In this document: in pieces, positions 39,478 to 50,020 of the stretch
How the letters are laid out: every line of letters begins with the position of its first letter
How positions within the stretch are numbered: position 1 is the stretch's first letter
NCBI GenBank assembly: GCA_963834325.1
Contig: CAWIBL010000011.1
Coordinates: forward strand, 579,157-643,156
DNA from: an uncultured Acidobacteriota bacterium
GTDB lineage: Bacteria > Acidobacteriota > Vicinamibacteria > Vicinamibacterales > UBA2999
Direction: 5' to 3'
DNA length: 64,000 nt
Translations under genes and position numbers: made by a program
Notes under the pieces: generated by a model
Seen by the model: the letters and a program-made list of their open reading frames with translations, nothing else
What the model was told of the DNA's origin: nothing
Database searches by the model: none

Positions 39478-41215
39478 GTGCGCGCCATATCCCTCGTCCT
39501 GTTCGTCGCCGGGCTATCAGGCGGATGGCAGCAGCCGTCGTCGGTGGCCGAGCGCGGCGTGCTGCGTCTGCACTACGTCCAGAAGGCGATCGGCTACGAA
39601 CGCTACGCCATCAGCCGGGAAGACGGCGGGCTGTCGCTGGCGGCGGACTTCGACTTCACCGATCGCGGCGGCCGCGTGCAGCTGACGGCGGCGCTGCGGA
39701 CGACGGCCGAGCTACGCGCCGGTCTCGTTCACGGCCAAGGGCAAGACCTACCGCTTCGTGAACGTCGATTCGCGCGTGGGGGTCGAGGGCGCCACGGCGA
39801 CGGTCCGGGCCGACGGCCGCGAGCAGCAGGTCGCGGTCACTCCGGCGTTCTACACGGTCGACGGTTATGCCCCGTTCTCCGCGCAGATGATGATGCTGCG
39901 CTACTGGAAGGCGCACGGCCGCCCGCGGGTGATGCAGACCGCGCCCGGACTGCCCGTCAACGACGTCATCATCGAACTGCGAGGGCGCGACACGATCCGC
40001 GGCGTCGCCCTGGATCGCTACGTGGTGGACGGCGTGGTCTGGGGCCGGGAAACGATCTGGCTCGACCAGGCCGGCGCCCTCGCCGCCGCGATCACGCGGC
40101 CGGCGGCCTGAGCTTCGAGGCAGTCCGGGAGGACCTCGAGCCGGCGCTCGTCGAGTTCGTGGAGCGCGCGACGCGCGACCGCATCGGCGACCTCGAAACG
40201 ATCACGGCGGCGGTCGGGCCGATTCATGAGGGCGACTACGCGCTTGGTCGGCGCCACCGTCGTGGACGCGACGGCACGGCGCCCCATCCACGACGCGGTG
40301 GTCGTGATCCACGACGGCCGGATTGCGGCCGTAGGCCCTCGCGCCAGCGTGTCGATTCCTCGCGGCGTCGCCGTCGTGCCCGCCGACGGCCTGACCATCG
40401 TGCCTGGGCTGTGGGACATGCACACGCACGTCACGCAGGTCGAGTGGGCGCCCGTCTACCTCGGCGCCGGTGTCACCACGGTGCGCGACATGGGCAACGA
40501 GTTCGAGTTCATCACCGCGCTGAGGCGCGCGGTGTCGTCGGGTCGAGCCCTGGGCCCGCGGCTGCTCGCGGCCGGCCTGATCGACGGCGGCGGTGCCAAC
40601 GCCTTCGGTGTCTACGAGGCCACGACGCCGGACGAAGGCCGGCGACGGTCGGCAAGTATCACCAGGCGGGCTTCGAGCAGATCAAGGTCTACACCCAGCT
40701 GGCGCCGCCGGTCGTCGAGGCGATCTGCGCCGAGGCCCACCGGCTCGGCATGACGGTGACCGGCCATGTGCCCGCGGCGATGACGCTCGAACAAGCCGTC
40801 CTTGCCGGCATGGACCAGATCGCGCACCTGCCGATCCGCGGCGAGGCCAGCAGTCCCGACGTGGCCACGACCATCGCGTTTCTGAAGGCGCATGGCACGG
40901 TCGATGGATCCGACGCAGTCGTGGGGCGAACTGCTGGGGCACGCGGCCGGCACGCCGATCGCGGCCTTTCAGCCCGGCATCGCCACGATGCCGCCGCCAC
41001 TCGACCGGCTGTTCTCGAATGCCGGCACGGCGGACATCGACGCCGGCCGAGGCGCGTCGGCGGGTCGAGCGCGGCTTACGGATCGTGAAGGCGCTCGGCG
41101 ACGCCGGCGTCGCCGTGGTGGCCGGAACCGACGAGGGCGTCCCCGGCCACAGCCTGCACCGGAGATCGAACTCTACACCGAGGCCGGCTTCACGCCGCTG
41201 CCAGGCCCTGCACGA
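39478..41215 (+). pseudogene. Amidohydrolase-family (metal-dependent hydrolase) gene, at least 7 frame breaks and 3'-truncated
   Basis: The pieces alternate between three frames: 39478.., 39758..40111, 40226..40753, 40892.. and 40593... They include 'VVIHDGRIAAVGPR', 'VPGLWDMHTHV', 'GFEQIKVYTQL..GMTVTGHV', 'VVAGTDEGVPGHSLHR' and 'IELYTEAGFTPL'. The usual final ~90 aa are absent, and different gene text starts at ~41225. Confidence 0.65.
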
Positions 41216-41224
41216 GCCGTGGCG

Positions 41225-41470
41225 CGCGTTGTTCGAAGCGCTCGACCGGCAGCTGTCGTCTCAGTGTGACCTGCACTGCTTCGGCGGCTTCGTTCTCACC
41301 GAGCATTACAGCGTGGCTCGAACCACGATCGACGTGGACGTCGTCGACGTTCGCGGTGCGGATGTCGCCGAGATCGTGCGGCTCGCCGGTCGGGGTAGCC
41401 CGTTGCACCGGCGTCATCGCGCCTACATCGATATCGTCACGATCGCCGAGGTGCCGGACGACTATGAGAA
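41225..41470 (+). pseudogene. DUF6036-like nucleotidyltransferase fragment
   Basis: 'WRALFEALDRQLSSQCDLHCFGGFVLTEHYSVARTTIDVDVVDVRGADVAEIVRLAGRGSPLHRRHRAYIDIVTIAEVPDDYE' has a GG..R.T.D.D pattern. It has no clear start codon and the C-terminal half is missing. Confidence 0.3.
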
Positions 41471-41953
41471 CGCGGCTGTGCATCGGAAATGGCATCTCGC
41501 AGGAGCCGCGCGCGCTGCGTGGGCCGGGTGTGACGTCACCGCGCTAGACATCTCCCCCTTGGCAGCGAAGGTGGCCAGCGAAGCCGCGCCGCCGGACGAA
41601 TTCTTGGCAAGTCTTCTTGGAGGGAGATCAGGTGGGACGAGCGGCCATCTGGAATTCGCCATCGGGGACCTCTGTGATCCCACGTGTTGCCCCGGGCCGT
41701 ATGACCTTGTGATCGAGCGTAAGACGCTCCAGTGTGGCCGAAGGCACACCGTAAAATTGCCTTGCAGGCGGCCGCGAACCGCCTGGCATCACGAGGGATC
41801 TTCTTCAGCCAGTCCCATGACGGCTGCTGGAAGCCACCGGCGCCCCCGCGACACGAACTCGAGCCTTGGTTCGTGGCACAGGGCTGGGAATTCTGGCGGC
41901 GTGAGGCACCGCTGACCGGGCGAGTCGCATGGTTGTTGACGACCACGGGATGA
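41464..41953 (+). CDS. Small class I SAM-dependent methyltransferase, 2 frame breaks (~41515, ~41735)
   Basis: The three pieces are 'MRTRLCIGNGISQEPRAL', then 'AWAGCDVTALDISPLAAKVASEAA..HLEFAIGDLCDP..YDLVIERKTLQ', then 'KIALQAAANRLASRGIFFSQSHDGCWKPP..'. They lie in three frames. Confidence 0.45.
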
Positions 41954-42013
41954 TCCCTGGGCGTTAACAATCGCTCCGCCGTTCACGCATCCTAAACACC
42001 ACAGGTAGTCGAA

Positions 42014-42382
42014 ATGAAAGCATCCGAACGCTCTGCGCAGATTTGGGCCGTACTTGCCTGGGCGGCAAAGTCTCGCCAGAACATCACCTATAGTCAGATG
42101 GCTCAAGTGACCGGCGCTTTCACGGGCGGGCTCGGGGCTTGGCTGGAGCCAATCCAGTCATACTGCACCATCAAAGAACTGCCTCCGCTGACACTACTAG
42201 TCGTGCAGCAGGACTCCGGCATGCCTGGTTCAGGATTCACTGGCGCGTTAGCCGGAGACTTGGCGAAAGCACAAGCACGCGTCTTCGACTTCGATTGGTT
42301 AGAGCATGGCAATCCCGGCGCCGAGAAGCTGGAGCAAGCAGTAAAAGAGGCACCGCCTGATCGCGCGAAAAGCAACGCCTGA
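42014..42382 (+). CDS. Hypothetical protein (122 aa) in a visibly lower-GC patch
   Basis: This intact ORF reads 'ITYSQMAQVTGAFTGGLGAWLEPIQSYCTIKELPPLTLLVVQQDSGMPGSGF'. No family could be named. Confidence 0.45.
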   Translation: MKASERSAQIWAVLAWAAKSRQNITYSQMAQVTGAFTGGLGAWLEPIQSYCTIKELPPLTLLVVQQDSGMPGSGFTGALAGDLAKAQARVFDFDWLEHGNPGAEKLEQAVKEAPPDRAKSNA

Positions 42383-42764
42383 ATCCTTCGCTCAAGCGGA
42401 GCTAACTCGAACGTTGGCCCCACAGGCTCATGATGCCAGAGACCTGTGCTCACCACGTGCTGCGAAGCGCCTGGTCGTAGCGCAAGTTAACGCTCCAATC
42501 GGCTCAGTGGTGGTCGGCCCTGGATACGAGGCGTCATTGTGGTCTCGAAGTGCTGGGCCGTTCGGCACCGGACGGTTTCGATGCTCTCCCACCCCACTGG
42601 GCTCCACCCGAGGCTGAGGTCAGAGTAGCCGAAGCCAACTCGCGAACTACAAACGCCAGTATTGGGGCGTCGTGCGAGGCGGGCGACGCGAACTTCAGAT
42701 GCCGTCCCAGTAGCCCGCCAGCCCCCGCGGCATGGAGACCGCCGAATGACGCCATCCACACCGA

Positions 42765-43971
42765 TCACTCCGGTTCGGCGCTCACCGTGTCTCCTCCGTC
42801 GTCCTCGGTGACCAGCTCCGCGACATCCTCGGACGCCTGCCCGGTGGTGATGCCGTAGCGGGCGGTCAGATCGGGCGCGTAGCGGGCCAGGTCGCGCCTG
42901 AGCCGAATCAGGCTGAGGTCCTTGGCTTTCGATTCGAGCATGACGTCGGTCTCGATGTGGCGGATGGAGCGAAGGAACTGGATGGCCTCGAAGGGATTGT
43001 TGTAGTCGGCATGCCCGGTCCACACCGGGGGCTGCAGCACGCGCTCGATCTTTCCCGTCTTGCGACTGCGACGCTTCACCTCGCGCATCTCGGTGCGCGC
43101 GCAGCTGAAATGGATCTTCGGCCTGCACGCCTGATGGCCACGTCCGACAGATGCGCTCGACCGTCGGCACGAGCGGCAGCCCCTCGGGATTCAGGCACCA
43201 GTGATGCTGGTAGTCGAACACGCAGCGCACGCCCGTTTCTTCGTGCACCTTGAGGACCTCCGCGGCGGAGAACGACACGTCGTCGTGCTCGAGCACGAGC
43301 CGGCGACGCACCGGCTCGCTCAGCCGCTTCCAGGTGGCGACCCAGCGCCGCCAGGCGGCTTCACGGTCGCCATACACACCGCCCACGTGGATCACCAGCA
43401 CCGCCTCGGGCCCGCACTCCATCAGGTCGAGCATCTCGGCCTGCGAGTCGAGGTCCCACATGCTCTTCTTCGTGAGCTCGTCACTGGCGGAATTGAGCAC
43501 CACGAACTGTGATGGGTGGAAGCTGAGACGCACGTCGGCGTCCCGGGCCAGCCGACCGACGCGCGCCAGGTCGCTCGCGCTCTCGCGCACCATGCCGTGG
43601 AACTGGGCCATGTCCGGATGGGTGGCATAGGGCGCCAGGTCCGAGGACATGCGGTACATGTGAATGCCGTGATCCCGCAGGTACTCGATGACCCCGCACA
43701 GATACCCGAGTGACACGCGCAGGTGCGGGCTTTGCTGCCAACGGCGGGTGTCGCTGCTCTTCAGCCCGCCGTTTCCCATCACCTTCACCGGGAAGCCGAG
43801 CCGCATCGCCTCGCGCGGATGTGCCAGCGGCGGCTGTCCTTCGAGCGCCTCGCATTGGGACGTCGGCGTGGACGCCATCCGCGACCGTTCGGCTTCGGCC
43901 AGTTGTTTCTTGGTTGCTGGCGCGGCGCTGCGACGCGACGTCGGCTTCCCTGTGGTCTTGGTTGTGGTCAC
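42765..43971 (-). CDS. uvsE: UV damage endonuclease (UvdE/UvsE), frame broken near 43125
   Basis: 'RLGFPVKVMGNGGLKSSDTRRW', 'IHMYRMSSDLAPYATHP', 'RLSFHPSQFVVLNS' and 'VLVIHVGG' match the family. After '..RTWPSGV' the text continues in ORF 42765..43088 ('RPKIHFSCARTEMREV..WTGHADY'). A GTG start lies 1 nt after the DHH gene stop, and there is a Lys/Thr-rich N-terminal extension. Confidence 0.8.
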
Positions 43972-43972
43972 G

Positions 43973-45109
43973 TCATCCCTCGGTCACGCACATGTCGTTG
44001 CCGAAGCCCATCTCCGTGATCCAGCGGTTCCACACGTCCACGGGCAGGGCCCCGCCGCTCGCCTGGTCGTGTCCCAGGCCGTACGACTCGTCGGCTTCCG
44101 GCGGACGATGGCGCGCCAGGAAGTCGATGAGGTCGATGCCGGCTGGCGCCCGCGCGGAGAAGTGCACCCACCCCTGCCGGTAGCCAGTGTTGACGGCGAA
44201 GACGACGTTCCTGGCAAACCGACTGCGCCACTGCTGCGCCACCAGCGGATGCACCTGGCACGCGGAGTGAACCCGGATCGCGACCAGGTCGGCGCCGAGC
44301 TCCGAGCGCCACGCCGTGCTGAAGCGAGGGGGCTGCTTTCTCGCGACTGCGAGCGCCTCGGTCACCTCGCGCTTGGCGCGCAGCAGCTCGGCCGTCTCGG
44401 GACGGCTCCCGTCGACGACCTCGCGCGGGCCACCGGCGGCGAGGAGCACCGCCAGCGCGGCGTCGGCGCGGCCTGCCGCGGTCCGGCGCGGAGCGTTCAC
44501 CAGACTGGTCGCGTCCCGGAGCGCGCCGGTGCCATAGCGCGCCTTGGCCTCCGCCAGCTCGGCGAAGGGCGCGCGGTCGCCCAGGTCGCTGAGAAGGGAG
44601 ATGGCAGCCAGCCACAGCCACTCGTCCGCGGCGTCGCCGACCAGAGCGCGGGCAGCCCACCAGCTCATCAAGCCAGTGGTGGCGAGGTCGCTGCCCTGGC
44701 CATCGCGGCCTCCGCGTTCGTACGAGGAGATCAGCGTGGACCCTTGCGGTTGCCCGATCGGCCGATGGTGGTCGATGAGCAGCAGGGGCACCGGTTGGCC
44801 CATCTCGTTGCTCAAGATGACGCCGTCACGGCTTCCCAGGTCGGCCACGACGAGCGCGTCGATGCCGTGGCTGGCGGCGCGGTTGCGCAGACGTTCGCCT
44901 ATCTCCGCGCCCCAGGCCGACTCGGCTTTGCGGCGACACTCGGCGCTGACATCGTGGTAGCCGGCGCCCCGTAGCGCCCGCACCAACAGCGCGCCAGCCG
45001 ACAAGCCGTCGCCGTCGAAATCGCAGACGATGTGCACGCGGGACGCGTGCCCTGCGGGTAGCGCCGCGAGCCATTCGCGAACCCGCTCACCGACGATGGC
45101 GGCATTCAT
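43973..45109 (-). CDS. DHH-family phosphoesterase (RecJ-like fold)
   Basis: The start is the ATG at 45109 ('MNAAIVGERVREWL'). Family motifs are 'HIVCDFDGDGLSAGALL', 'VVADLGS', 'LLLIDHH' and a C-terminal 'GLGHDQASGG'. The longer track ORF upstream is a frame of the TonB receptor gene. Confidence 0.7.
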   Translation of the reverse strand: MNAAIVGERVREWLAALPAGHASRVHIVCDFDGDGLSAGALLVRALRGAGYHDVSAECRRKAESAWGAEIGERLRNRAASHGIDALVVADLGSRDGVILSNEMGQPVPLLLIDHHRPIGQPQGSTLISSYERGGRDGQGSDLATTGLMSWWAARALVGDAADEWLWLAAISLLSDLGDRAPFAELAEAKARYGTGALRDATSLVNAPRRTAAGRADAALAVLLAAGGPREVVDGSRPETAELLRAKREVTEALAVARKQPPRFSTAWRSELGADLVAIRVHSACQVHPLVAQQWRSRFARNVVFAVNTGYRQGWVHFSARAPAGIDLIDFLARHRPPEADESYGLGHDQASGGALPVDVWNRWITEMGFGNDMCVTEG

Positions 45110-45210
45110 GGGATGGTCACCGCCCGATTCGGCTGCAAGCGATGTGCCCGCTTTCGTCGGCTGGACGGTGTCGAATGGGCGACGCCGCCGCGGCGTCGTG
45201 GGCAGCCGCC

Positions 45211-47347
45211 TCAGAAGCCCACGCGCAGACCGCCGTTGATGGCGCGGCCATCGACCGGCGCCCACGCGTCCACCGCCCAGCGGCCATCGACCCCGCGCGA
45301 CGGCCGCAGCAGCGAATCCCACGTCGTCTGGCGCACGTTCGTGACGTTCTCCGCGTTGACGAACAGACGCGCGCGCCCGAGGCGCTTCTCCGCGAGCAGG
45401 CCGACGATCGACGTAGGGCTTCGACTCCGCGCGGTAGGGGTTCTCGTCGAGCCGCTGCCGACCGGTGTAGTAGACCTCGAGGCCGACGCGTCCCCACGCC
45501 GTCCGCCTCCCACATGCCGACGAATCCGGCACTGTGGCGCGGCGTCAGCGCCACGTCGTGGCGCCCGCGGTCCGCCGGCCTCGCGCGAGCGCACGTAGGT
45601 GTAGGTGCCGGTGCCCACCCACGGCCCGCGCCGAGCGGTGGCCAGCAGCTCGACGCCCCGGTTCGTGGTGGCGTCGTCGCGGTTGAAGAGCACGAATCGG
45701 GTGTCGCGGTCGACCGCGACCGGATCGGTGATGCGCGACGCGAACGCCGTGGCGGTGATCGTGACCGGACCGGCGGTGCGGGTCACATCCCACGACGCGC
45801 TGGAGCCGCGCTCGGGCCGCAGCGGCTCCTGTATCTGGAGTCGAGTCAGGCCCGCCGCCTCGGTTTCCTCCGTCAGCGGCGTCGTGGCAAAGAAGCCTCG
45901 GCCCACCGAGAGGCGGCTGGTCCAGCCCGCCCGCGCGGATCAGCCCAGCCAGCCGGGGGCTGACGAAGGCGCCATATTCGCTGTGCCCGTCGAGCCGGGC
46001 GCCAGCCGACACCGACAGCCACGACGTGAGATCGACGTCGTCCTGGACGAAGGCGCCGGGCACGTCATAGGTATAGGCGAACCGCGGCACATCAGCGGGT
46101 CTGTAGGCATCGCGCTCGTAGGCCGTGCCGACCACCCAGGTGTGCCGCCCGGCGGCGCCTCGCAGCGCCACCTCGCCGAAGGTCGTGTCGTGAGCATCGC
46201 GCTCGCGGACCTCGCCGAAGCGATGATCGTGACGCTGCCAGGCGGCGGCGCCCCGCACCGTCAGCACGTAGCGATCGCGGAGCAGCGTTTGCACCGTCCC
46301 GCCGACGTCGTAGCGCCGCGTGTTCAGCGCCTCGCCATAGGGCGCCCCGGTGGCGACCAGCCTCGCGCCCGGCAGCGTGCCGCCGGTCCGGTCTTCGATG
46401 GTAAGACCGGCCGTGACGAAGGCGGATCGGCCGCTGCCGCCGTCCCAGAACAGCCGGGGACGGACCACGCCGCGGGCATACCCCGCCACGTCCGCCCAGC
46501 CGTCGTCGTCGCGGTCGTTGCGGCTCTGCCGATGGGCGCCGCCAAGCAACGACAGCCGCCAATTCGCGCCTGCCGGGGTTGAGACAAACGCCACGCCGTC
46601 GGTCCCTCCGAGGGTCGACTGATTGACGAGCAGGTCGACGGCGGGAGTGGCCGGGGGACGCCGCGACAGCAGATTGACCACGCCGCCCATGGCTCCGGCC
46701 CCGTAGAGGGCCGAGGCCACGCCCTTGATCACCTCGACCTGTCCGAGATCCATCGGCGGAATCTGCAGCAGGCCCAGGCCGCCGACCTGTTGCCCGAACA
46801 GCGGCAGGCCGTCGCTGAGAAAGCGCGTATAGCGGCCCTTCATGCCCTGCACGCGCACGCTGGCGGCGCCAATCGACGGCGACGTGGCCTGCACCCGCAG
46901 GCCGCCCATCTCGTTCAGCATCATGACGATGTCGCCGGGCGTCATGAGCATCTTTTCTTCGATCTCTTCGCGGCCCAGCACCTCGACGCGGGTGGGCTGA
47001 TCTTCCACGCGCCGGCCCGTGCGCGTGGAGGCCACGACCACGACGTCTTCCTCGATGTCCGGCAGGGCCACGAGTTCGACGGTGACCGCCACGCCCGACG
47101 CGGGCACGGTCACGTCATGCCGCACGTCGACGAGACCCTCCTTCGTCACGGTCACGGTCACCGCCCCCGCGGGCACGATGAACTCGACGCGTCCATCGGC
47201 CCCCGTCTCGGCCCGCTGCTTGCCGGCGAGCACCACGGCGCCGACCACCGGCTGGTCCTCGGCTCGCACCTCGACGACCAACGTGGCCGGCGTCTGGGCC
47301 TGCACCGCCGAGGCGAACGCCAGAAGTGCCACGATCACCGACCGCAC
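45211..47347 (-). CDS. TonB-dependent receptor with a carboxypeptidase-regulatory-like N-terminal domain, 4 frame breaks (~45935, ~45545, ~45490, ~45415)
   Basis: It has a GTG start, the signal 'MRSVIVALLAFASAVQAQ', plug motifs 'RVEVLGREEIE' and 'VEVIKGVASALYGAGAMGGVVNL', and a barrel. The pieces run 45545..47347, then 45211..45906, then 'LTPRHSAGFVGMWE' (45117..45554 frame), then 'GLEVYYTGRQRLDENPY' (43973..45532 frame), then '..RAINGGLRVGF' with a terminal Phe. Confidence 0.8.
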
Positions 47348-47489
47348 CGGTTCAGTATACCGAGGCTCATTCGCGCCTCAGCGGCCGCGGTCTTCGCCCA
47401 GCCGGGCGAATGGCGTAATGTAGAAGGCGGGACCTGCTCCCCGACCGCGCGCCGCACCGGCGGCTCGACCGGTTCGATGATCGGCCGAC

Positions 47490-48074
47490 TTGCTTCTGCG
47501 AGACACACCCCTGGCGCCACCCTCCATCAACCGCATTGTCATCCTCGGCGACAGCCTGACCTCGGGCCACGGCATCGGCCGCGCCTTCTCGTTCCCGTCG
47601 GTGCTGCAAGCGCGCATGGAAACGGAGGGCCTCTCGTATCAGATCGTGAACAAGGGCATCTCCGGCAACACCACCGCCGACGGACTGGCGCGCGTGGACG
47701 AGTGCCTGGCGGCGCCGCTACGTCTGCTCGTCGTGGCGCTCGGGGTGAACGACGGACTGCGCGGCGTGCCGGTGGCGGAGGTGAAGAGGAACCTGCTGGC
47801 GATCATCCGGCGCGCCACGGTCAAGGAGGCGCCAGTGCTCCTCTGCCGGATGGAGGCGCTGCCGCTCTACGGCTGGCCCTATGTCGAAGCGTTCCGTCGG
47901 ATGTATGACGAAATTGCCGCAGAGACTGGCGTGAGGCTGGCGCCGTTTCTGCTGTTTGGCGTCCTCGGCAATGCCGCCCTGATGCAAGGCGACCGCGTCC
48001 ATCCAAACGCCCACGGAGCCAAGGCGATGGCCGACATCATCTGGCCACATCTGCGAGCCGCGTTGGCCTCCTGA
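47490..48074 (+). CDS. SGNH/GDSL hydrolase (arylesterase/TesA-like)
   Basis: The catalytic blocks are 'ILGDSLTSG', 'ISGNTT', 'LGVNDG' and 'DRVHPN'. It appears to use a TTG start. Confidence 0.8.
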   Translation: MLLRDTPLAPPSINRIVILGDSLTSGHGIGRAFSFPSVLQARMETEGLSYQIVNKGISGNTTADGLARVDECLAAPLRLLVVALGVNDGLRGVPVAEVKRNLLAIIRRATVKEAPVLLCRMEALPLYGWPYVEAFRRMYDEIAAETGVRLAPFLLFGVLGNAALMQGDRVHPNAHGAKAMADIIWPHLRAALAS

Positions 48075-48080
48075 CGCCGC

Positions 48081-48518
48081 CTACTTCTTGCCGGGCGGCG
48101 CCAGGAGGGCCGGCAGCGTGTCACATGCCTGACGCCAGGCGGCCTGGGCCGGCGCTTCGAGTTTTCCGTGGCAGTGCTTGGCCAGCCAATGGGCCGCCTC
48201 TTCCGGCGTTTCATGCACGTGGGCAATATGCGAATCGGCACGGCCGGTGATGGAGACGATGCTGGTCAGGATCGCCCCCGACTTCAGCAGGCAGACTTCC
48301 ACGTCGGTGATGTGCCCTTCGCCCTCGTTGTCGTCCACCTGGTTCTCGCCCAGGGTCCAGCCGTCCTGTCGCACCTGCGGCTGGCCATCCACGAGCAGGT
48401 GAGAGGTCGGCGCCCCGACGGCCGACGTGAGCTGCGCCACGAGTGCCGAGGGGAGCGGCCCGAGCGACTGGCGACTGGGCTGGGGTTTGGGATTCATGCG
48501 CGCGAGTATACGCGCCAC
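48081..48518 (-). CDS. Hypothetical protein (145 aa)
   Basis: This is an intact ORF, convergent with the SGNH gene. It has moderate-complexity sequence ('DDNEGEGHITDVEVCLLKSGAILTSIVSITG') and no recognised family. Confidence 0.35.
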   Translation of the reverse strand: MARILARMNPKPQPSRQSLGPLPSALVAQLTSAVGAPTSHLLVDGQPQVRQDGWTLGENQVDDNEGEGHITDVEVCLLKSGAILTSIVSITGRADSHIAHVHETPEEAAHWLAKHCHGKLEAPAQAAWRQACDTLPALLAPPGKK

Positions 48519-48639
48519 CGCCCGTGAATCTCACGAGCACCGGACCACGACTTCGAACGTGCCACCGGCATTCTCGAGGCGTAGATTGAGGGGCAGCGTA
48601 CCCGCGTCGCGGGCGGCAGCAGCCCGCGCGGGTGTGCGA

Positions 48640-49935
48640 ATGGATGTCGGCATCGCGAGTGATGCCGTAACCGATGAGCCAGATGTCGTCGAGCTCGGCA
48701 TGGGAGGCCCCGCATGGACGCTGTCTCGACCGCGGGCGGAGCGACCATGGCGCGGCTCCCGGCGCGTCTGCGGGTGCGGGCGCATCGCCGCGCTTTGGCT
48801 AGCCGTGGGCGCGCTCTTTGGTGGGACCGCCGTCGTGGGCTGGTCTCGGATGTGGAGCCTGGTCCGGGTCCCACCGATGTGGCCGCCGTTTGCCGATCTG
48901 CGGACGATCACGGGCGGCCTGCACACGCTGCAGGCGGGCGGCGATCCGTTCGTCGATAATCCCTTCGACCCCTGGCGCCGGCCGCTCAACTATCCGGCCG
49001 TGTGGCTGACGATCTTCAGGTCGCTCGGCATCACTGACGCCACCGTGGTGTGGTTCGGCGCGCTGCTGGTCGTAGTGTTCCTGACCAGTGTCAGCTGCCT
49101 GATCTGGCGCGCGCGCGCCATCTCGGAACTCGCCGCGCTTCTCGCCTGCACCCTGTCGTTTGCCTCGTTCTTCGTGATCGAGCGCGGCAACACCGACATG
49201 GCGGCTTTTTCGCTCGTGATGCTGGGGCTGCTGGCCAGACCACCGATCGTCGTGGCGACCGCCCTCGCGGCGGCGGCGATCCTGAAGCTGTTTCCCTGCT
49301 CGGCGTTCGTCGCCGCCATTCTGCCCCCGGGCCGGTGGCGGCGTCTGCTCGTCGGCGCCGCGGCGCTGGCGACGCTGGTGTTCCTGGCCAGCCGCGCCGA
49401 CGAACTGGCGCGGATCGCCCGCGCCACGCCGGCTACCGAGGTTCTGTCATACGGCGTCGTGAGCGGCTGGATGCTGATCGGCAACCACGCTCGCGACGTC
49501 GGCCTGCAATCGCAGACGATGCTCGCCGTCAACGTGTACTTCGTGCTGGTCGTGTGGGCGGCCGCGATTGGGTCGGTCGTGGCGGGATGGCGTCGGCCCC
49601 CGGGTGTGGGCCGCGACGATGGCTGGCGCGCGCGGCTTTGTGTCGGCTTCGGCGTGATCTATGCGGCGACGTTTCTCGTCGGCTCGAACTGGGCCTACCG
49701 GTTGATCTTCCTGATTCCCACGCTGCCGTGGATGTTCCGGCGGGTCGCACCGCAGGCCTGGCGATCCCCGGCTCTCGCCTACGGTGCGCTCGTGTGGTTT
49801 GTCATGAACGTCCACGCGCTCGGACACTACGGCCAGGTCGTCGGCCACCTGGCCTCGGCCGCGCTCGCCTGCGTTCTGCTGTTCGTGGTCAGCGGCATTG
49901 CCCGGCGGCCGACACCGTGCCGTGAGGGTGTGTGA
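48640..49935 (+). CDS. Polytopic membrane protein (possibly glycosyltransferase-87/DUF2029-like)
   Basis: It has at least 9 hydrophobic segments ('AALWLAVGALFGGTAVVGW', 'VVWFGALLVVVFLTSVSCLIW', 'VYFVLVVWAAAIGSVVAGW'). The start is ambiguous (ATG 48640 or 48700). The family guess is weak. Confidence 0.5.
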   Translation: MDVGIASDAVTDEPDVVELGMGGPAWTLSRPRAERPWRGSRRVCGCGRIAALWLAVGALFGGTAVVGWSRMWSLVRVPPMWPPFADLRTITGGLHTLQAGGDPFVDNPFDPWRRPLNYPAVWLTIFRSLGITDATVVWFGALLVVVFLTSVSCLIWRARAISELAALLACTLSFASFFVIERGNTDMAAFSLVMLGLLARPPIVVATALAAAAILKLFPCSAFVAAILPPGRWRRLLVGAAALATLVFLASRADELARIARATPATEVLSYGVVSGWMLIGNHARDVGLQSQTMLAVNVYFVLVVWAAAIGSVVAGWRRPPGVGRDDGWRARLCVGFGVIYAATFLVGSNWAYRLIFLIPTLPWMFRRVAPQAWRSPALAYGALVWFVMNVHALGHYGQVVGHLASAALACVLLFVVSGIARRPTPCREGV

Positions 49936-50020
49936 CTCCCCTCGCCGTTCAATGCGTTGCCGCGTGCGTCGAGCGCGCCCCGGCTCCGAGGGTACAGCGC
50001 ACTCGTTGTAGCATCGACAG

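Noticed and set aside
42555-42605. A tRNA-like 3' fragment ('GGTTTCGATGCTCTCCCACCCCA') in the non-coding stretch before uvsE.
   Set aside because: It cannot be folded into a T-arm plus acceptor stem, because no complementary stems are present. The similarity is limited to a TTCGA-like pentamer.
47348-47489. A possible cobalamin or other riboswitch in the 142-bp leader of the TonB receptor gene.
   Set aside because: Reading the minus strand, I found no B12-box-like core or other conserved riboswitch core. The receptor also has a carboxypeptidase-regulatory N-domain rather than a BtuB-like layout. An Rfam scan would be decisive.
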